From: a virus
Taxonomy: Duplodnaviria; Caudoviricetes
IMG/VR virus record: IMGVR_UViG_3300021255_002891
Span: 19,521-83,520 of that record
Direction: 5' to 3' (one strand)
Length of the DNA stretch: 64,000 nt
Shown here: in pieces, positions 59,205-64,000 of the stretch
Layout of the letters: each line of letters starts with the position of its first letter
Numbering within the stretch: position 1 is the stretch's first letter
Notes under the pieces: model-generated
What the model was told of the DNA's origin: nothing
Seen by the model: only the letters and a program-made list of their open reading frames with translations
Database searches by the model: none
Translations under genes and position numbers: made by a program

Positions 59205-59915
59205 TTAATTAATTGGTTTAGCATCACTTAATATTTGCTCATCTTTTATATACTGTGAAGCCTTATATTCTGCATCATCAGTATAAACTATTTTTTCTAA
59301 CTCAACATTACCATTTTCGTCTTTATGATTCAAATTAAATATGTAATTTGGATTTAGCCATTCAATAATGTCAAAATGACACGATGCAATTATTATCTTC
59401 AAATTGTTCTGTCTTATATATCTCTGCAATGCATAACTCATTGACTTTGCAACGTCTCTGTTCACAACCGATGTAAACTCATCCACATAGATTATTTGCC
59501 CCTTTCCAGCCTCGTAGATGGCTTTGCATAGGTCTAGCCTTGCTCTTTCACCATTTGATAATTCTTGAGGCTTACGAAGCCATGTAGGAACTGATGCAAG
59601 GCCAACTCCACATAGAAGGTCGCACGCTTCTTCCTCTGTCAAATTGGGGAATTGGCTTATGACAGCCTTTTGATAATCATACTCTATAGGTTTAATATCA
59701 CCTATTTCCCTTAAAATAGTGGATTTTCCGCTTCCACTCTTTCCACATATCAGCATTATATTCCATTCGCTAGCATTCATTGCATCCATATCTTCCTTTG
59801 ATGGAATGGGAACTTCTGTCATCGTAAGTTCCTTATTCTGAATGTCATAGTTATCATATAGATACTGTGTGTAGTTATCATTTACGATTTTAGACTCTAA
59901 TAGTATTTTTCCCAT
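59205..59915 (-). CDS. soluble ABC-type ATPase
   Basis: Walker A GKSGSGKST, signature LSNGE, Walker B/D-loop VDEFTSVV, H-loop SCH; no transmembrane segment. Confidence 0.85.
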   Translation of the reverse strand: MGKILLESKIVNDNYTQYLYDNYDIQNKELTMTEVPIPSKEDMDAMNASEWNIMLICGKSGSGKSTILREIGDIKPIEYDYQKAVISQFPNLTEEEACDLLCGVGLASVPTWLRKPQELSNGERARLDLCKAIYEAGKGQIIYVDEFTSVVNRDVAKSMSYALQRYIRQNNLKIIIASCHFDIIEWLNPNYIFNLNHKDENGNVELEKIVYTDDAEYKASQYIKDEQILSDAKPIN

Positions 59916-59935
59916 GTTAGAATTGTTATTTTTTG

Positions 59936-59967
59936 CAAATATATAAAAAATATGTTAAAATCCCAAA
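59936..59967 (-). promoter_or_regulatory. Bacteroidota sigma-A-type promoter
   Basis: TTTG (59964-59967), 20 nt, TATATTTG (59936-59943). Confidence 0.75.
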
Positions 59968-60000
59968 AAAAATGAGGAAATATTTCTATTTCCTCACTTT
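59965..60000 (-). terminator. intrinsic terminator after recA, abutting the promoter
   Basis: TGAGGAAAT-atttct-ATTTCCTCA with an A/T tract. Confidence 0.75.
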
Positions 60001-60003
60001 TTT

Positions 60004-61185
60004 TTAATCATCACTATCTTCTTCACTAAATTCAATGTCAGATTCGTTAATATTTGTTCCTCCATCGTCCAATTTTGCCAATATATCCTTAATATATGTC
60101 TTTTTATATTCCTCTAGTTTACTAGGACTTACTAGGCCGTTATGTACACATGACATTTCACCTTCATATGTTATATTCCAAGGTGTTGGCAGTTGATTCT
60201 TAGTTGTCCTAATTTTTGTCGTAATACCATAGACATACTTAGAACCCTTTGCAGTTGCATCAAGTTTCTTTGTTGATGCCTTACCTATACCTCCAAGGTG
60301 AATAATCAGCCTAGCACCATAGAAGAACGTCTTACCGCCCTTTAATTCTATTGAAGGTACACCACCCATAGAATTCATTGAATCGTTCCATATTTTATTC
60401 ACACAGAAGAATGTGTTTGTATATGGTTCACTTATCTTCTTTGAAGACGGAATTCTGTTGTTTATAATGTTACTGAAAGCTTGTGAAATAGCTCCTGCAT
60501 CAAACATGTTATTTCCAGTCTTACTTTCAAGAGACTTAAACGACTGTATTGAGCCTATTGAATCCCAAATGAAACACATTGGATAAGGCATTTCTCCACT
60601 TTCTTGTTTGTCAAGGAATTCATTTATAGAATAAGCAATGTCCTCAAGAACTGCTTGCTTACGCTTTACTTTGGACTCTTTGCCAGTGTTATAATCACGA
60701 TTACCATATCTATCTGCAAGCATCTTAGTGTCGAAATAGAAGAAATCACCTGTATAGTTGATGATTCTCTTTTCAGTGTGTGTTGTTATTTCGCCAGTTT
60801 CTTCATCAACATCCTCAACTTCAATATCACCGTATACTGGGGTTGCTTTTACTCCGCAATCAATTGCATACTTGAAATCAAAGTTATTTTCCGTTTCATA
60901 TATGATTGGAATGATACCATTGTTGATGCAAGACGCTATAAGACAGTTCTTAATGGTTGATTTACCTGTGTTAGACCATCCTGTTACAATGGTGAGATAA
61001 CCCTTTGGTATTCCTGGCAATTTGACCGCATCAGAAAACGCTTGTGGCAGTGGTATGAAATCCATTTCCTTGTCGGCAACAGACTTGTCAAAGTCTGTGC
61101 TGTCTTTCATTGTAAGCTGAAATTTCTCTTTCAACTCACTAATGCTAGGTTTTTTAAATTCCTTTTTCTTGATTGGTTGTTTCAT
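60004..61185 (-). CDS. recA: RecA/UvsX-like recombinase
   Basis: G.PKG....GWSNTGKST, FIWDSIGS, VNKIW, GG....Y. Start set at MKQPIKK. Confidence 0.85.
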   Translation of the reverse strand: MKQPIKKKEFKKPSISELKEKFQLTMKDSTDFDKSVADKEMDFIPLPQAFSDAVKLPGIPKGYLTIVTGWSNTGKSTIKNCLIASCINNGIIPIIYETENNFDFKYAIDCGVKATPVYGDIEVEDVDEETGEITTHTEKRIINYTGDFFYFDTKMLADRYGNRDYNTGKESKVKRKQAVLEDIAYSINEFLDKQESGEMPYPMCFIWDSIGSIQSFKSLESKTGNNMFDAGAISQAFSNIINNRIPSSKKISEPYTNTFFCVNKIWNDSMNSMGGVPSIELKGGKTFFYGARLIIHLGGIGKASTKKLDATAKGSKYVYGITTKIRTTKNQLPTPWNITYEGEMSCVHNGLVSPSKLEEYKKTYIKDILAKLDDGGTNINESDIEFSEEDSDD

Positions 61186-61187
61186 AA

Positions 61188-61808
61188 CTATTCTGTTTTT
61201 TCTTTGTTTATTTTCTCTCTGATTTTCTCTTTCCAACACTTTCTACAAATGGCTCTGTACTTGTCGTTTCCACCTATCATTACTTGTGCACCTTCTGTAA
61301 TTATATTGCCGTCCTCATCAAACCTTGCGTTTATTGACGTTTTCCTATCACCGCACTCACAAGTTGACTTTATTTCTTCGATGTCATCTGCAAGTTCAAA
61401 AAGACGTTTGGAACTTGGAAATAACTTTGATTGGAAATCGGTTCTCAACCCAAAACACATCACATTGACACCCAAAAAGTCAACCACATCAGATAACTGG
61501 TCTACTTGGTCTTCCGTTAAGAATTGACACTCATCTATTATAACCCATTTAAGTGTTTCAAACTGTAACGCTAGGACATTTCTGTATGCTTTAACTGCTT
61601 TATATAAATTAACGTCTTGGTCAACCATTATGCATTTGCGCTCAAGTCCTGCTCTAGAACGAATGATACCTTCCCCATCCCTTGTATCCAATGATGGTTT
61701 GAAAACCATTATTTGTACACCCTTTTCCTCAAAGTTATAAGCTGTGCTCAATAGCCTCAGTGTTTTGGCCGAAGCCATTGAGCCGTAATAGTAGAACAAT
61801 TTACTCAT
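61188..61808 (-). CDS. tdk: thymidine kinase
   Basis: GSMASAKT, FKPSLDTR, IDECQF, FGLRTDF, C.CG, IGGNDKYRAICRKC. Confidence 0.95.
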   Translation of the reverse strand: MSKLFYYYGSMASAKTLRLLSTAYNFEEKGVQIMVFKPSLDTRDGEGIIRSRAGLERKCIMVDQDVNLYKAVKAYRNVLALQFETLKWVIIDECQFLTEDQVDQLSDVVDFLGVNVMCFGLRTDFQSKLFPSSKRLFELADDIEEIKSTCECGDRKTSINARFDEDGNIITEGAQVMIGGNDKYRAICRKCWKEKIREKINKEKTE

Positions 61809-61822
61809 ATTAAATTATTTAA

Positions 61823-62824
61823 TTAGAATGGCAAATCGTCATCTGCCTCATTTGCAGCCTCTTCCGCATCATTGACGATTATCGTGTCTGAATTTGCAAT
61901 CTTTGAAAAATCAGTAGTTTCTTCCTTCAATTCCTCTTCAACTCTTGCTTGTTCAGCCTCTTCCTTAATCTTATTCATTTCGTCCTTATCAACATATTTG
62001 TTAAGCTCCTTGTTGAAAATTGGAACTCCACCCATAGCGATAATTGTCATGTAATCATAAGACTTAACGGTGTACACGTCATACCACTTCTTCTCATCCT
62101 CAATCCATTTCATGCCAAGGTCATAGTCTTCCGTAAGTGGTGATGGTGAACCTGCGTCAAGAACTTGAATCGTTGTCTTGCCATCAGTTGTCTTTGTTAA
62201 CGTAATGTCAAGGTCAAGACCATTATTAAGGTCGAAAATACTATAAACATTGCCTTTCTTGGCTGCACTAGCCGCACGTCTGTTTGCAAGGTTCATAATC
62301 TTGTCATACACACCATCCTTCTTTTTTGATGAATTGAAGAGCCAAAATTTAACACCGTCTTCCTCATGGTCACGTTCAATACAGCGCACAATCCACATTT
62401 CCTTAACCTTGTTAAGGAATTCAATATCACCGTACTTCTTCTTTGTTGGCTCATCCAAAGACTTTGACTTCAATTCCCTAGCCTTTGCAGATGTCTCACA
62501 AAATGGGCATTTATCTCCCATTGAAGAGCCATTTTTCATGTTGTGAGTAGGGCACACGAAAGTCTTCCATCCACTAGATGAAACCTCCTTATTAACCTTT
62601 ACGGTATGCATAAAAACTTTCTTGAAAGGGCTACCACCTTCTGGGGAGAATGGTAACAGTCTGATTGTTAATGTTTTAGTAGTTTCATTATCACCAAGTC
62701 TTGCTTGTAGATAATTTTTTTCATTAAATTGTGTTTTCTTAGGGGTAAATGTCTTTTGTTCTTCTTCGTACTGGTTTTTTACCTCTTCTGCGTCAATGTT
62801 GACACTAAAATTTTTGTTGTTCAT
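61823..62824 (-). CDS. single-stranded DNA-binding protein (T4 gp32-like)
   Basis: TIRLLPF, FMH, CP...CPFC Zn site, GLDLDITL and acidic tail DDDLPF. Confidence 0.85.
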   Translation of the reverse strand: MNNKNFSVNIDAEEVKNQYEEEQKTFTPKKTQFNEKNYLQARLGDNETTKTLTIRLLPFSPEGGSPFKKVFMHTVKVNKEVSSSGWKTFVCPTHNMKNGSSMGDKCPFCETSAKARELKSKSLDEPTKKKYGDIEFLNKVKEMWIVRCIERDHEEDGVKFWLFNSSKKKDGVYDKIMNLANRRAASAAKKGNVYSIFDLNNGLDLDITLTKTTDGKTTIQVLDAGSPSPLTEDYDLGMKWIEDEKKWYDVYTVKSYDYMTIIAMGGVPIFNKELNKYVDKDEMNKIKEEAEQARVEEELKEETTDFSKIANSDTIIVNDAEEAANEADDDLPF

Positions 62825-62886
62825 AAGTTAAATTGTTTAAACAAATTATTTTAAATGTACGCCAAAACGTACTTAAATTGTTATTG

Positions 62887-62918
62887 CAAAGATATATAAA
62901 AAAAGTTAAAAAAGCAAA
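62887..62918 (-). promoter_or_regulatory. Bacteroidota sigma-A-type promoter (SSB operon)
   Basis: TTTG (62915-62918), 20 nt, TATCTTTG (62887-62894). Confidence 0.75.
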
Positions 62919-62952
62919 AAATTCCTAGTTATTTTTTATTCATAACTAGGAA
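62916..62952 (-). terminator. intrinsic terminator abutting the promoter
   Basis: TTCCTAGTTAT-loop-ATAACTAGGAA with an A/T tract. Confidence 0.75.
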
Positions 62953-62963
62953 AATATAAATCA

Positions 62964-63476
62964 TTAGCGTTCATCAGATTCCCAATCTGGTTCGTAATCA
63001 TTATCATAAAGTTCAAAATCCTCTTCAGTCAAGCCATTAAGTATTTCTTTTAATGTTTGTGTTGCTAACTGTGCAACTTTTTGGTTTGGATATTGTGCTA
63101 CATATTGTAATGCTTCTTTATCACCGATTGTGCTTTCAAGTGAAGTAACTGGTGAATAAGCACTTCCATAGCCAGTTGACTCATCATATACAGAACTAAT
63201 CACTCCCTCTATAACAAATACATTTGGATTTTGTTCACAATAATTCTTAAACTCCTCCCATTCCTCGTCTGTTATATCAGGAATATTCTCAAGTAAATCG
63301 TTCATAACGTCTTTTTCTCCGCTTAACTCATTACGTCCATAATATCCACCAACCATAGGGTTTCCGTCACTTGGAACATAACCACGTCTAGTCCAACCTT
63401 CTTTAAGAATCCTATTCACTGACTCTTTCACAATTCTGTGAAGGTCTGATTCTGTTAATCTTATAATCTTTTTCAT
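62964..63476 (-). CDS. hypothetical acidic protein with an N-terminal RLTESDLH leader
   Basis: Begins MKKIIRLTESDLHRIVKESVNRILKEG. Confidence 0.8.
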   Translation of the reverse strand: MKKIIRLTESDLHRIVKESVNRILKEGWTRRGYVPSDGNPMVGGYYGRNELSGEKDVMNDLLENIPDITDEEWEEFKNYCEQNPNVFVIEGVISSVYDESTGYGSAYSPVTSLESTIGDKEALQYVAQYPNQKVAQLATQTLKEILNGLTEEDFELYDNDYEPDWESDER

Positions 63477-63499
63477 TTCGGATAACTTTACCTTTTTTA

Positions 63500-64000
63500 T
63501 TATAATTTGAACAACTTCTCTAATGTCTGAATGTCATCGTCTTCAACTTTAAAGAAGGTGTTTGCTATATCATCATCTGGATTATCTACATCATCATTCG
63601 TAATCACATATTCCTTTGTCGTAGGTTCTGAGTTGTCAGAATATGCCTCATATCCACCTTGTTTTGCCTTTTCAGCCCAAAAATCATTAGGCTTTACGTT
63701 GAAAGGGTAGGAATCTAATGAACGAAGGTTCAGTTTTTCAGTCTGTGTAGGATTTCTCTTTTCAAACTCAGCTTTCAACGCTTCGATTTCGTTGTTATTG
63801 TCCTCTACCTTTGAAAGTAGATTTTTTATCGTGTCAATCAACGAATTCATTCTAGTATCGACCTTTGCCAAATCCCTTCCTATGTGATTCTGCTTAACAT
63901 TAAGTTTATCTTGCGCTTTTGTAAGCCCATCAATGTCAATAGTATCACCATCTTCATCAGCAGATTCTTCTTCTCCCATAGGTGCTTCGGCCATTGGGTC
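63500..64000 (-). CDS. hypothetical acidic/coiled-coil protein, 3' portion (start lies beyond the window)
   Basis: Frame open to the window end (GAC CCA ATG GCC...); acidic segment followed by a predicted coiled coil. Confidence 0.7.
   Translation of the reverse strand, partial: DPMAEAPMGEEESADEDGDTIDIDGLTKAQDKLNVKQNHIGRDLAKVDTRMNSLIDTIKNLLSKVEDNNNEIEALKAEFEKRNPTQTEKLNLRSLDSYPFNVKPNDFWAEKAKQGGYEAYSDNSEPTTKEYVITNDDVDNPDDDIANTFFKVEDDDIQTLEKLFKL

Noticed and set aside
59205-59915. ABC transporter
   Set aside because: There is no permease or TM gene nearby; it fits a soluble ATPase partnered with the GNAT.
6474-61239. Long N-terminal extensions called by the ORF track (primase 6474, amidase 11015, SLOG 48189, GP88-like 48065, neck 52635, dcm 56186, MTase 57102, recA 61239)
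   Set aside because: The extensions run through promoter or terminator DNA or upstream genes; the downstream ATGs fit the promoter positions and domain starts.
61770-61808. Thymidine kinase Walker A reads GSMASAKT rather than GxxxxGKT
   Set aside because: P-loop variants occur among type II thymidine kinases and all other motifs are intact; not enough to call it inactive or novel.
395-62546. Many antisense or overlapping ORFs in the track (e.g. 395..697, 960..1412, 41421..41741, 49276..49680, 50629..50988, 54744..55088)
   Set aside because: They are shadows of well-supported genes on the other strand, with F/S/L/I-rich composition and no motifs.
1-64000. CRISPR array, tRNA or rRNA genes, group I/II introns, DGR
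   Set aside because: No regularly spaced repeats, cloverleafs, split genes or reverse transcriptase were seen by eye. Intergenic gaps are short and explained by promoters and terminators. tRNAscan and Infernal were not run.

Overview
A 64-kb AT-rich segment of a large lytic dsDNA myovirus (T4-like or jumbo-type). It uses the standard genetic code and has no tRNA, rRNA, CRISPR array or integrase that I could find. The host is inferred to be an anaerobic Bacteroidota member, because 12 intergenic sites match the Bacteroidota sigma-A promoter (TTTG-N19/20-TAnnTTTG, one with a single mismatch) and the phage carries a class III RNR. Content from left to right: a partial SbcC/gp46-like gene, RuvC-like resolvase, C5 MTase, two-domain glycosyltransferase, primase, small early genes, an Amidase_3 endolysin and an SbcD/gp47-like nuclease. 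These are followed by a ~27-kb tail/baseplate block (gp6-like, gp25-like, several proteins over 1000 aa, a Cys-rich repeat protein) and an nrdD-ART-FTR-nrdG operon. Next come a DnaB-like helicase with a class-3-type intein starting with Val, a 5'-3' exonuclease, a SLOG protein, a GP88-like protein and a neck protein. The right end holds a restriction-modification island, an ABC-ATPase/GNAT pair split by a homing endonuclease, RecA, thymidine kinase and SSB. Most notable are (1) a recurring protein leader (KKIIRLTESDLHxIVKESVxRIL..E|G/S) on unrelated proteins, including weaker versions on an ART-like protein and an MTase, which suggests a capsid-packaging and protease-processing system for injected cargo; (2) the phage-borne R-M island; and (3) the Val1 intein. 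All family assignments come from motif recognition by eye, not from database searches.
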